A DNA stretch of 64,000 bases from Rhodospirillaceae bacterium. Its GTDB lineage: Bacteria; Pseudomonadota; Alphaproteobacteria; GCA-2731375. This document shows positions 40,593 to 49,589 of the stretch, in pieces. Numbering within the stretch: the first letter of the stretch is position 1; each line of letters opens with the position of its first letter. The notes under the pieces were generated by a model, which did not search any database, had not been told where the DNA came from, and saw only the letters and a list, made by a program, of their open reading frames with translations. The stretch is taken from the NCBI GenBank assembly GCA_018701215.1, contig JABIWH010000057.1, positions 132,519-196,518 on the forward strand. Direction: 5' to 3'. The position numbers and the translations under genes are program-made.

Positions 40593-41793
40593 CTTGCCAT
40601 GGCCGTATGGCCAGGTACAGCGCGCCGCCGATCAGCGCGGTCAGGGTGAGAATTACGGCCACGGGCCAGGCGCTGCCGTCATGCCATAACACCACGCAGA
40701 ATGTTCCCAGGCCGCCGCCCGCCATGGGCAGGGCGCCCAGCATGGCGGCGGCATGACCATGTCCGGCCCGGCAGACATCAAAGGCCCGTACCGGCGCGGT
40801 GGCGAACACCAGGCCCAGGCCAAAGCCGAAAAGGCACTGCGTTGCGGTGATGCTTATGGGTGTTGCCAAACCGGCGAACAGCAGCAGGATAAAACTGATC
40901 CCACCCAGTGCGCTAAGTCCCAGTCCCAAGGCCAGCAGCGGATCGGAGGCGATGTGCCCCGCCGCCCGGTTGACGGTCAACGAGCCCAGAAAAAAGGCCA
41001 ATACGATTGCCGCGTAGTAATAGCCATATTGCTCTGTTGGAACCGTCATGCCTTCGATAAAGAGGAACGGAAAGGCGGCCAGAATGGCGAACAGACCGCC
41101 CAGCAGCAGGGCCATGATCAAGGTATAGGTCATGAACGGGCCGTCCCGCAGCAAGGTGATGTAACCGCCCAACAGGCGCCGGGGACGCAGGGCGCCGCGG
41201 TCGGGAGTTTGCAAGGTCTCGGGCAGGAAGCGCCAGAGCAACAGGATCACCACCACGATCAGCAAGGTCAGCAGTACAAAGTTGGAACGCCAACCAAGCC
41301 AGACATGCATATGCCCGCCGATCACCGGGCCCACGGCAGGCGCCAGCGCGATGGCCATGCCATAGGCCGCGAATACGCGGACCGCGCTGGCCTCGTCATA
41401 CAGTTCGCGGATCACCGCATAGCCAACCACCGCCTCGGCACAGGCAGTCAGGCCTTGCAGCACTCTGGCCGCGATCAGGCCTTCGATGGAGCCGGCGGCG
41501 GCGCAAGCGATGGAGGCCACGGCAAAACCGATCATGCCGGCCAGCAAAACCGGCCGTCGCCCGATGCGGTCCGACAGCGGCCCATAGAACAGCTGCGCCA
41601 GGGCATAGGCGACCAGATTCAATGTCATGGTCAACTGCACCCGCCCCGCATCGGTGTCGAAGACTCCCTGTAGATGGGGCAGGGATGGCGTGTACAAGTC
41701 GGTCGACAGGATCGAGACGGACGTGGCCATGATCAGCAACGCCGGGATGATGATGGGCACCGATGGACTGGGCATGGGCGCCCTGACGGTCAT
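40561..41793 (-). CDS. Bcr/CflA family MFS efflux transporter
   Basis: [38 protein letters not shown]; 3' end overlaps recR by 32 nt. Confidence 0.9.
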   Translation of the reverse strand: MTVRAPMPSPSVPIIIPALLIMATSVSILSTDLYTPSLPHLQGVFDTDAGRVQLTMTLNLVAYALAQLFYGPLSDRIGRRPVLLAGMIGFAVASIACAAAGSIEGLIAARVLQGLTACAEAVVGYAVIRELYDEASAVRVFAAYGMAIALAPAVGPVIGGHMHVWLGWRSNFVLLTLLIVVVILLLWRFLPETLQTPDRGALRPRRLLGGYITLLRDGPFMTYTLIMALLLGGLFAILAAFPFLFIEGMTVPTEQYGYYYAAIVLAFFLGSLTVNRAAGHIASDPLLALGLGLSALGGISFILLLFAGLATPISITATQCLFGFGLGLVFATAPVRAFDVCRAGHGHAAAMLGALPMAGGGLGTFCVVLWHDGSAWPVAVILTLTALIGGALYLAIRPWQVKPGGANPKP

Positions 41794-41797
41794 GGTC

Positions 41798-42949
41798 TTA
41801 GCGTACCTTTCGGAAGCAGCTCCGCATTTCCTCGACAAATAAACCGGGTTGTTCCAGGGCCGCGAAATGGCCACCTTTGTCCAGCTCGCTCCAATGGATG
41901 ATGTTATGGAAGCGTTTTTCCGCCCAGCGCCGGGAGGCGGTGAAAATATCTTTTGGAAAGACGCTGCAGCCGACCGGAATGGTGACATCGTCCTGGCTGC
42001 GTCTGCCGAAACTTTCCCAATACAGCCGGGCCGAGGAGGCTGCCGTGCCCGGCAGCCAATAGAGCATGACGTTGTCCAGCATATCGTCGCGCTGAAGGGC
42101 GTTTTCCGGATGGCCGTTGCAGTCGGTCCAGGCCCAGAATTTCTCCAGGATCCAGGCCGCCTGGCCCGATGGGGAGTCCGCCAGGCCATAGCCAAGGGTC
42201 TGCGGCCGGGTGCTTTGCTGTTTCGAATAACCCGAATCCCAATCCACATAATGCTTGGCTGCCGCCATGGCCGCCTTTTCGAATTCGGTCAGGCTGTCCA
42301 TGGTTTCCGGATCTGGGCGTTCCGTGATCATATTCAGGTTGATGGCCACGCAGGATGCGCTCTCCTCGGCACTGGCATTGACCCCGATCTGCCGCGTAAT
42401 GGCGGAGCCCCAATCGCCCCCCTGGGCCACGTATTTCTCGTAGCCCAGGCGCGCCATCAGCTGCCCCCAGGCCGTGGCAATACGCTGCACCGACCAGCCG
42501 GGTGCGGTGGGTTTGCCGGAAAAGCCATAGCCGGGCAGGGACGGCGCAATGATATGAAAAGCGTCCGCTGCATTGCCGCCATGGGCGGTGGGGTCGGTCA
42601 AAGGTGCGATGATATGGCGGAATTCCAGCACTGATCCGGGCCAGCCGTGGGTGATCAGCAACGGCATGGCGTCGGCATGGGGCGAGCGCACATGCAGGAA
42701 ATGGATATCCGTGCCATCGATCTCGGTCTGAAACTGATCCCAGCCGTTCAATAAATTTTCGCACCGGCGCCAGTCATAGTCATCGGCCCAGTATTTGCAG
42801 ACCTCCCGCATGTATGACAGCGGGATGCCCTGGGACCAATCGTCGGGCGTTTCGGCATCGGGCCAGCGCGTGGCGTGCAGACGGCGGCGCAGGTCAACCA
42901 ATTCAGCCTCGGGAATGGTCACGTCGAATGGCCTGATTTGATCGCTCAT
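41798..42949 (-). CDS. Epoxide hydrolase (microsomal-type, EHN domain)
   Basis: HGWPGS, PSLPGYGFS, QGGDWG, GGHFAALEQP motifs. Confidence 0.93.
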   Translation of the reverse strand: MSDQIRPFDVTIPEAELVDLRRRLHATRWPDAETPDDWSQGIPLSYMREVCKYWADDYDWRRCENLLNGWDQFQTEIDGTDIHFLHVRSPHADAMPLLITHGWPGSVLEFRHIIAPLTDPTAHGGNAADAFHIIAPSLPGYGFSGKPTAPGWSVQRIATAWGQLMARLGYEKYVAQGGDWGSAITRQIGVNASAEESASCVAINLNMITERPDPETMDSLTEFEKAAMAAAKHYVDWDSGYSKQQSTRPQTLGYGLADSPSGQAAWILEKFWAWTDCNGHPENALQRDDMLDNVMLYWLPGTAASSARLYWESFGRRSQDDVTIPVGCSVFPKDIFTASRRWAEKRFHNIIHWSELDKGGHFAALEQPGLFVEEMRSCFRKVR

Positions 42950-43031
42950 TTGCTTTATCCCCGTGAATGAAATCGTCGCCACGTTAGCGCCCCACGGCGG
43001 TCCGCGCAATTATTGCGGCATTATTCCGGCA

Positions 43032-44987
43032 TTATTGCGGCAGCGGCGCGGCGCTTAGGATTTCCCGATGCTGATCGCGTTCGGCTTCATCGCGATATGC
43101 CAGTCCGGCAACGTAGTCGGCGATAGTGAAATCAGACTTCAGGGCCAGCGCCAGGTCCGCTTGGCTGGCGGCTTCGTCCGACCGGCCCAGCTTGCCGAAA
43201 CATCCCGCCATGTTGGCGTGATGGTCGAAACGGGCGCGTCCGCTTTGCTGGTATGCCGCCGCGGCCTCCTCATAGCGGCCCGATAGCATCAGCGCGGCGC
43301 CCAGCATATGAGCCCAATGGCCCAACGAGTATGGATCCAAGCGCATGGCCATGTTCAGCCATTCCACGCCGTCGGCGGCCTGCCCCAAAAGTGTCAGTAA
43401 TTCACCTTTTTGCGCCATCAGACGGGGGTCGTTGGGGTTCAGGGCCAGGGCGCGCTCGTTATGACGCACGGCTGTATCCAGACGCTTGGTGACGATGGCG
43501 ATCTCGGCCTGGACGCGGTGGGCCTCAACCTCGTTATCATCCAGCCGCAGGGCGGTATCGACCGCTTCGCCCGCGCTTTTGAACAAAGCATCAGGATTTG
43601 GCAGATAGCCCCGCGCCAGGGCCTGGCCCAGGACGCAGGCCTTCCAGGCATAGGCGGCGGCGTAATCTGGCTCCAAGCCGATGGCCCGGTCAAGCAAGTC
43701 GAGGGCGGTTGTACAATCGGCCTGGGTATAGCGGTGGTGATGGAGCTTGCCGGCCAGCAGCAATTCGTAGGCCGCCATGTCCTTGGGCGGTTTCTGGCTT
43801 GCCTTGCGGGCCTCATGGTTTTCCACCCGGCCCGGCAGCACGGCGGCGATGGCGCGGGTCAACTCGTCCTGCAGGGCAAAGATATCGGCAAGTTCCCGGT
43901 CATAGCGTTCGGCCCAGATATTCTTGCCGGACGCGGCCTCGAACAATTGCGCGGTCAATCTCACCTGGTTGCCGGCCTTGCGGACGCTGCCCTTGACCAC
44001 ATACTGCACATCGAACGCTTCGCCGACCTCGGGCAGGCCAAAGGCGCGGCCTTGGTAGGAGAAAGTGGAGTTGCGGGCGACCACGAACAGTTCGTGAAAG
44101 CGGGACAATTCGGTGATGATGTCTTCGGTGATACCGTCGGTGAAAAATTGCTGGTCCGGGTCGTCGCTGAGATTCTCAAAGGGCATGACGGCAATGGCCG
44201 GATGGCTGTCCGCCTGGCGCAGCTCGGCCGGCGGCAAGATTGGGGCCGGGGGTATGATCGAGGCCGGGGCGCCATCACGGCCGCGCTTGATCTCTTCATA
44301 AAGGCGCTGGGTTTCGGCCTCGGGTTCGATGCCCAGTTCCGCTTTCAGGATATCCCGGCAAGTCTGATAGTGCCGCAACGCTTCGTTCCAATGACCCTGT
44401 TGTTGCTGCAATGCCATCGTTAAACGGTGGATATCCTCGCGCAAGGGGTCCAGCTCAAGCAGCCTGGCAGCATGTCTCAGGGCGGCGCCGGGTTCGTTGC
44501 GTTCCTGGCTTTGCTCTAACAACGCGGTGAAGGTCTGCATGGCGCGGGCGCCAAGGCGGGCGCGTTCGCCGCGCAGCCAATCCTCGAAAATCTCGGCGCG
44601 GATATCAAAGCCGTCCAGGAATGGTCCCTGATATAGATCCGCCGCCGGCTCTGCCCCAAGCTCGAATTCAACGCTGTCGATAGTGAAGGCCTGACTTGCA
44701 ACCGCCAGGCCCTGGGCGGATGAAACGACCGCCTCGCCCGCTTCGTCATCCAACGCCTTGCGCAGGACCGATAGGGTTTGGCGTAAAGACGCGCGGGCCT
44801 GTTCCTCGCCACGATCGGGCCATAACAGCGTGGCGATTTTGGCGCGTGACACGACCTCGCCCGGGCGATGAGCAAGATAGGCCAACAGGGCGGCCGCCTT
44901 CTTCGACGACAATGCGATCGCCATACCTGCTCCGTCGGCCAGTTCAAAGCCGCCAAGCAGCCGCAGCTGGAATTTAGTGAATGTCAA
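43032..44987 (-). CDS. SARP/BTAD transcriptional regulator with TolB-N-like and TPR domains
   Basis: LRLLGGF, ARASLRQTL wHTH, LDPLRE BTAD, IAVMPFENLS.DPDQ..F.DGITEDII, C-terminal TPR repeats. Confidence 0.88.
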   Translation of the reverse strand: MTFTKFQLRLLGGFELADGAGMAIALSSKKAAALLAYLAHRPGEVVSRAKIATLLWPDRGEEQARASLRQTLSVLRKALDDEAGEAVVSSAQGLAVASQAFTIDSVEFELGAEPAADLYQGPFLDGFDIRAEIFEDWLRGERARLGARAMQTFTALLEQSQERNEPGAALRHAARLLELDPLREDIHRLTMALQQQQGHWNEALRHYQTCRDILKAELGIEPEAETQRLYEEIKRGRDGAPASIIPPAPILPPAELRQADSHPAIAVMPFENLSDDPDQQFFTDGITEDIITELSRFHELFVVARNSTFSYQGRAFGLPEVGEAFDVQYVVKGSVRKAGNQVRLTAQLFEAASGKNIWAERYDRELADIFALQDELTRAIAAVLPGRVENHEARKASQKPPKDMAAYELLLAGKLHHHRYTQADCTTALDLLDRAIGLEPDYAAAYAWKACVLGQALARGYLPNPDALFKSAGEAVDTALRLDDNEVEAHRVQAEIAIVTKRLDTAVRHNERALALNPNDPRLMAQKGELLTLLGQAADGVEWLNMAMRLDPYSLGHWAHMLGAALMLSGRYEEAAAAYQQSGRARFDHHANMAGCFGKLGRSDEAASQADLALALKSDFTIADYVAGLAYRDEAERDQHREILSAAPLPQ

Positions 44988-45040
44988 CAGGCCCTCGTTG
45001 GTAGCCAGGTTTGAAAAACAGGTGTTAGAGCATTCTACCG

Positions 45041-45127
45041 ACAGTTTTTACGGCAATTGCACGGTTTTTACGAATTTCTCACGCCATGGACGCAGAGCGG
45101 GCATGAAGTTTGACGCTGCCCTGACGG
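45041..45127. promoter_or_regulatory. Phased ACG-core direct repeats, candidate SARP operator
   Basis: ACAGTTTTTACG/ACGGTTTTTACG at 20-bp period; TTGACG/CTGACG at 11-bp period; lies in the divergent intergenic region. Confidence 0.5.
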
Positions 45128-45175
45128 TTCATTGCGATGCTTAGGTCTTGTTTTGATCAAAAAGGATGACAGATC

Positions 45176-46036
45176 ATGAATGAGTTGAGCCAGATTACCC
45201 CGCAGACAACAGTGAACAGCGATACCGGCGCGGCGCGTTTCGTTGGTTCCATTCCGGAAGTCTATGACACGCATTTGGGACCGCTGTTGTTCCAATTTTC
45301 CGCCGCCGATCTTGCCAAGCGCATTGATAACGCCATGCCGGGGGCCAAAAAAGTTCTAGAGATTGCCTGTGGCACCGGCATTGCCACCGAATACCTTTGG
45401 CAGACGCTTGGCGAAAATGCTGAAATCGTCGCCACGGACTTGAACGAGGCAATGCTGAATTACGCCGTTTCAAAGCGCGGCGCCTTAAAGAATGTCAGCT
45501 ATCGCCAGGCCGATGGCCAGGCCCTGCCGTTCGAGGATGGCAGCTTCGACGTGGTCGCCTGTCAATTCGGCATCATGTTCATCCCTGACAAGGCCCTGGC
45601 GTTGGCCGAAATGGCTCGCGTGCTGCGGCCTGGCGGCCTGTTGGCATTCAATGTCTGGGGTTCGCTTGAGCAAAACAAGGTCGCCGGCCTGGCCCGGCAG
45701 ACCATTGCCGATTTTTTCAAGTCTGATCCGCCGGATTTCCTGACCGTTCCTTTCGGATTTTACGAGATCGAGCCCATTCGTACCCTGGTTAAGGGCGCCG
45801 GATTTTCGGCCCCGGATTTCGATCTGGTGTCCGAGACCATCGAGCGGCCGGACGCCATCGGCATCGCGCGCGGCTTTGTGGAAGGAAACCCCGGCATACT
45901 GCAAATAAGAGAGCGGGGCGAAGTGGATCCCGAAACCATCGTTACGGCCCTGGCGGCGGAAATCGAAGCCTTATATGGCCCGGCGCCCTTGCAGGTGCCG
46001 CTGCAAGAAATCGTCTGCCTGGCGCGCAAGCCCTAA
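45176..46036 (+). CDS. Class I SAM-dependent methyltransferase (UbiE-like)
   Basis: VLEIACGTG, TDLNEAML, LPFEDGSFD, RVLRPGG motifs. Confidence 0.92.
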   Translation: MNELSQITPQTTVNSDTGAARFVGSIPEVYDTHLGPLLFQFSAADLAKRIDNAMPGAKKVLEIACGTGIATEYLWQTLGENAEIVATDLNEAMLNYAVSKRGALKNVSYRQADGQALPFEDGSFDVVACQFGIMFIPDKALALAEMARVLRPGGLLAFNVWGSLEQNKVAGLARQTIADFFKSDPPDFLTVPFGFYEIEPIRTLVKGAGFSAPDFDLVSETIERPDAIGIARGFVEGNPGILQIRERGEVDPETIVTALAAEIEALYGPAPLQVPLQEIVCLARKP

Positions 46037-46064
46037 AGACGCATGTTCCTCGGCAATACGTAAT

Positions 46065-46099
46065 CGGCCCGCCCCAGCCGTCAAGGCCGTGGCGGGCCG
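46065..46099 (+). terminator. GC-rich hairpin after the methyltransferase
   Basis: CGGCCCGCC...GGCGGGCCG stem; weak U-tract. Confidence 0.45.
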
Positions 46100-46129
46100 G
46101 ATCATTTGTCGGCTCGATGGTTATTTTTT

Positions 46130-46245
46130 CTAGCGCGCATGCGAAGAAATTGCGCTTGGACTCTCAAGAACCGAGCAATTGAACCAATTACTTACGTCGC
46201 GCAAACAGATCCTGGCCGACTCCGATTACTTGAAAATTGCTCTAG
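46130..46245. repeat. 116-bp CTAG-bounded MITE-like element
   Basis: CTAG at both ends; right end reads CTAGAGCAATTTT on the minus strand. Confidence 0.4.
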
Positions 46246-46445
46246 CTTCGCGCTTTGATATAAGGCGCGTCGTATCCACCGAAATCAGGGGTTGTTCCGT
46301 CGCTGAAATGAATTTCGTCGGGCATGGCGGCGAATGCCGGACGGGCCTCGTCCATGGGCACCATGGCCAGGGCGATCAAGGCAACCAGCCAAACGGCAAT
46401 CCAGGTCAGGGCTGCTTTGGGTTCTGGGCGTTTGATTTCGAACAT
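46242..46445 (-). CDS. Small (67 aa) single-TM hypothetical protein
   Basis: GAGGA RBS, ATG start, hydrophobic ALTWIAVWLVALIALAMV segment. Confidence 0.6.
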   Translation of the reverse strand: MFEIKRPEPKAALTWIAVWLVALIALAMVPMDEARPAFAAMPDEIHFSDGTTPDFGGYDAPYIKARS

Positions 46446-46559
46446 GTCATCCTCGTGCCGCGCCTGCCGCGGCCTTTGTTGAGTTGCCCGGACGATGTCT
46501 TTTGTCCGGTAATTCCAACTAGTGTAAAATTAATGTGGTAACTATATTATGTGCTACAA

Positions 46560-46576
46560 TATATCGTTTCGATATA
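46560..46576. promoter_or_regulatory. Palindromic candidate operator in an AT-rich region
   Basis: TATATCG-ttt-CGATATA. Confidence 0.4.
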
Positions 46577-46636
46577 AGTATCGTTTTTTTTTAATTTTTC
46601 ACTAAGAATTTTGCTGCAATAGAAGACGTTCCGGGT

Positions 46637-47791
46637 TTAGGCGCCGCGTTTTGAAAGATCTACGACCGCGGCCGCGTGTTCATGGGGGTCTTCTGGAGCG
46701 GAATCCGAGACATCAGCCTCTGACGCGGCCAGTTGGACGTCTTCGATTTGTCCGACCCGCCGGGTAATTTTCTTGGTGGAGGTGGCGATTTGCTCCAGAT
46801 CCTTTTCCGCCTGTTTGAAATGCCGTTGCAAATTCTCCGCCCGTTCATCCAGGCGCTGGACATCATCCAATAGTTTCACCACCTCGGCCTGGATAACGCC
46901 GGCCTGTTCGCGCATGCGGGCATCTTTCAGAACCGCCCGCACGGTGTTCAGGGTCGCCATCAGGGTAGTGGGGGATACAATCCAGACCCGGGCCCGGTAT
47001 GATTGCTCCACGGTGTCGGGAAAATTGGCGTGCAGTTCCGCATAGACCGCTTCCGAGGGCAGAAACATCAAGGCGCTGTCGGCGGTTTCGCCGGGCAGAA
47101 TATAGCGCTCCTGGATATCCTTGATGTGTTTGCTCAGCGCGGTGCGAAAGGCCCGCTGCGCCGCCTTGGTCTGGGCCTCGTCGCCGGCCTGGCGCAAGGC
47201 ATGATAGCTTTCCAGGGGAAATTTGGCGTCAATGGCAATGGGGCCGGGGGGCTGCGGCAGCTGGATCAGGCAATCGACCCGGCGCTGGTTCGACAGCGTG
47301 GCCTGAAAGCCGTAGGCCGACGGCGGCAGGATCGAGCTGACCAGATCCTGCAACTGCACCTCGCCAAAGGCGCCGCGGGTTTGCTTGTTATCGAGAATAT
47401 CCTGCAGGCCGATCACCTGGCCGGCCAGATCCGAGATATTTTTCTGCGCCTGATCGATGACCTGGAGATGCTTGCCCAATTCACCAAGGGAGGCGGCGGT
47501 ACGAGTTGCCGATTGCTCCAGGCTATCACCCATGCGCTTGGAAACGCCGTCCAGGCGTTCGTGCAGGGTGCGCATCAATTCCGCGCGCTCCGTCGTTGAT
47601 TGCTCTGACAGCTGGCTTAATCGACCACCCAGATCGGCCTGGGCGGTGGCCAGACTGGCGGTGGCCGCGGCAAGCGCATCCAGACGCGCATCATCGCCAC
47701 CCGATGCCCGGCGGCGCAGCAACAGCAGCGCCAATCCGCCCAGTACAAGAAGCAGAATTGAGGCTCCAAGAGCGCCTATCAACAATTCCAT
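46637..47791 (-). CDS. rmuC: DNA recombination protein RmuC
   Basis: RGAFGEVQL, IDAKFPLE, MFLPSEAVYAE, IVSPTTLMA motifs. Confidence 0.95.
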   Translation of the reverse strand: MELLIGALGASILLLVLGGLALLLLRRRASGGDDARLDALAAATASLATAQADLGGRLSQLSEQSTTERAELMRTLHERLDGVSKRMGDSLEQSATRTAASLGELGKHLQVIDQAQKNISDLAGQVIGLQDILDNKQTRGAFGEVQLQDLVSSILPPSAYGFQATLSNQRRVDCLIQLPQPPGPIAIDAKFPLESYHALRQAGDEAQTKAAQRAFRTALSKHIKDIQERYILPGETADSALMFLPSEAVYAELHANFPDTVEQSYRARVWIVSPTTLMATLNTVRAVLKDARMREQAGVIQAEVVKLLDDVQRLDERAENLQRHFKQAEKDLEQIATSTKKITRRVGQIEDVQLAASEADVSDSAPEDPHEHAAAVVDLSKRGA

Positions 47792-47812
47792 TGCGCGATC
47801 CTTATTCTGAAA

Positions 47813-47841
47813 CTTGACCCCGTATGGGCGGCATACTACCT
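47813..47841 (+). promoter_or_regulatory. Candidate promoter for def-fmt
   Basis: CTTGAC-N17-CTACCT. Confidence 0.5.
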
Positions 47842-47889
47842 AGTGCCCAGAACCTTCATAAATTGCACGAAACGCAGCACAAACGAATC

Positions 47890-48408
47890 ATGGCTATTCT
47901 AACCATTATCACCGCCCCGGACCGCCGTCTGAAGGTGAAATCCCAGCTGGTGGAAACCGTCGACGACAAAATTCGGCGGATTCTCGATGATATGCTGGAA
48001 ACCATGTACCAGGCCCCCGGCATCGGCCTGTCGGCGGTTCAGGTCGGCCTGCCGAAATGCTTGATCACCGTGGATGTCTCGCACGACGACGAAGACAAAG
48101 CGCCGCTTTATCTGGTCAATCCGGAAATCGTAGCTTTTTCGGACGAGATGGAGAGCTATAACGAAGGCTGTCTCTCCCTGCCCGATCAATTCGCCGATCT
48201 GGACCGGCCCGGCGAAGTCACGGTGGAATATCTGGATTATCATGGCCAGCAGCAGGAATTGCACGCCGACGGCCTGTTGTCCCGTTGTATCCAGCACGAA
48301 ATGGATCACCTGAAAGGCCGTCTGTTCGTGGACCATCTGTCCACCGTCAAACGCGGCATGATTTTGCGCAAGCTGGAAAAGATCAGGCGTCAGAAAGTCT
48401 CGGCCTAG
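47890..48408 (+). CDS. def: Peptide deformylase
   Basis: GIGLSAVQ, EGCLS, QHEMDHL motifs. Confidence 0.97.
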   Translation: MAILTIITAPDRRLKVKSQLVETVDDKIRRILDDMLETMYQAPGIGLSAVQVGLPKCLITVDVSHDDEDKAPLYLVNPEIVAFSDEMESYNEGCLSLPDQFADLDRPGEVTVEYLDYHGQQQELHADGLLSRCIQHEMDHLKGRLFVDHLSTVKRGMILRKLEKIRRQKVSA

Positions 48409-48423
48409 GGCCCTGCGGAGATC

Positions 48424-49356
48424 ATGGCTGATTTGCGCATCGTCTTCATGGGTACGCCGGACTTCGCGGTGCCGACCCTTGAGGCCTTGCAGGCCGCCCC
48501 GGATATGGATGTCGTGGCGGTATATACCCAGCCGCCGCGCCAGGCCGGGCGGGGCAAGCGGCTACGGCACACGCCAGTTCATGACGCCGCCTTGGCCAGC
48601 AGCATAGCCGTCTTCACGCCCGCCAGCCTGAAATCATCCGAGGCGCAGGCCGAGTTTGCCGCCCTGGGCGCCGATGCGGCGGTGGTGGTGGCCTACGGTC
48701 TGATCCTGCCGGGCCCGGTTCTGCGGGCGCCGCGCCTGGGCTGTTTCAATCTGCACGGCTCGCTTTTGCCGCGCTGGCGCGGGGCTGCACCGATCCAGCG
48801 TGCGGTGATGGCGGGGGATGCCATGACAGGTGTCTGTGTCATGGCGATGGACGAGGGCCTGGACACTGGTGATGAAATTTCCCGTGCCGAAGTGCCCATC
48901 GCAGAGGACACCACGGCGGGGGATTTGCATGATCAGTTAGCCGTCTTGGGGGCGCCCTTGATGGTCGCGGCACTGCGTGGCATCGCCGCGGGTGATCTGT
49001 CGCCGCTGCCGCAGCCGGAAACCGGCATCACCTATGCCAAGAAGATCGACAAGGCCGAGGCACGGATCGATTGGCGCCTGCGCGGCGAGGCGCTGGATTG
49101 CCTGATCCGTGGCCTGTCACCATATCCCGGTGCCTGGTGTGAATGGCAAGGCGATCGGGTCAAGGTTCTGTTGGCCCAGCCGGTGGCGGCTAGCCATGAC
49201 GCGGCACCTGGAACGGTGCTCGATGATAAGCTGTTAGTCGCCTGCGGCTCCGGCGCCATGCGCTTGTTGCGGCTGCAACGGTCGGGCAAAGGTGTGATGT
49301 CGGCGGCGGATTTCCTGCGCGGCAACCCATTGCAGGCCGGCGACATGCTTCTGTAG
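48424..49356 (+). CDS. fmt: Methionyl-tRNA formyltransferase
   Basis: FMGTPDFA, VVAYG, NLHGSLLPRWRGAAPIQRA motifs. Confidence 0.97.
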   Translation: MADLRIVFMGTPDFAVPTLEALQAAPDMDVVAVYTQPPRQAGRGKRLRHTPVHDAALASSIAVFTPASLKSSEAQAEFAALGADAAVVVAYGLILPGPVLRAPRLGCFNLHGSLLPRWRGAAPIQRAVMAGDAMTGVCVMAMDEGLDTGDEISRAEVPIAEDTTAGDLHDQLAVLGAPLMVAALRGIAAGDLSPLPQPETGITYAKKIDKAEARIDWRLRGEALDCLIRGLSPYPGAWCEWQGDRVKVLLAQPVAASHDAAPGTVLDDKLLVACGSGAMRLLRLQRSGKGVMSAADFLRGNPLQAGDMLL

Positions 49357-49407
49357 AATTCTAAATTCCCCGGGCGCATATCGGCTTCCAGCGTAATATT
49401 CAGAAAA

Positions 49408-49428
49408 ATTGTAACGCTCGATTACAAT
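49408..49428. promoter_or_regulatory. Palindromic candidate operator upstream of NAD-GDH
   Basis: ATTGTAA-N7-TTACAAT perfect arms in an AT-rich intergenic region. Confidence 0.55.
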
Positions 49429-49589
49429 AAATTCGTAACTATTTTAGACTTAGTATTTCGGTGAATTTTTGCTTGCTTGGTAATAGAGCAGGATTTTTCG
49501 TTTGCCGTTGGGTCTTCATTTTGTTTTGATTTGGAACCTACGGGCTGAACCTGAGCAATTCTTCGTCCCGGTCTTCTTCCTGGGCGGCG

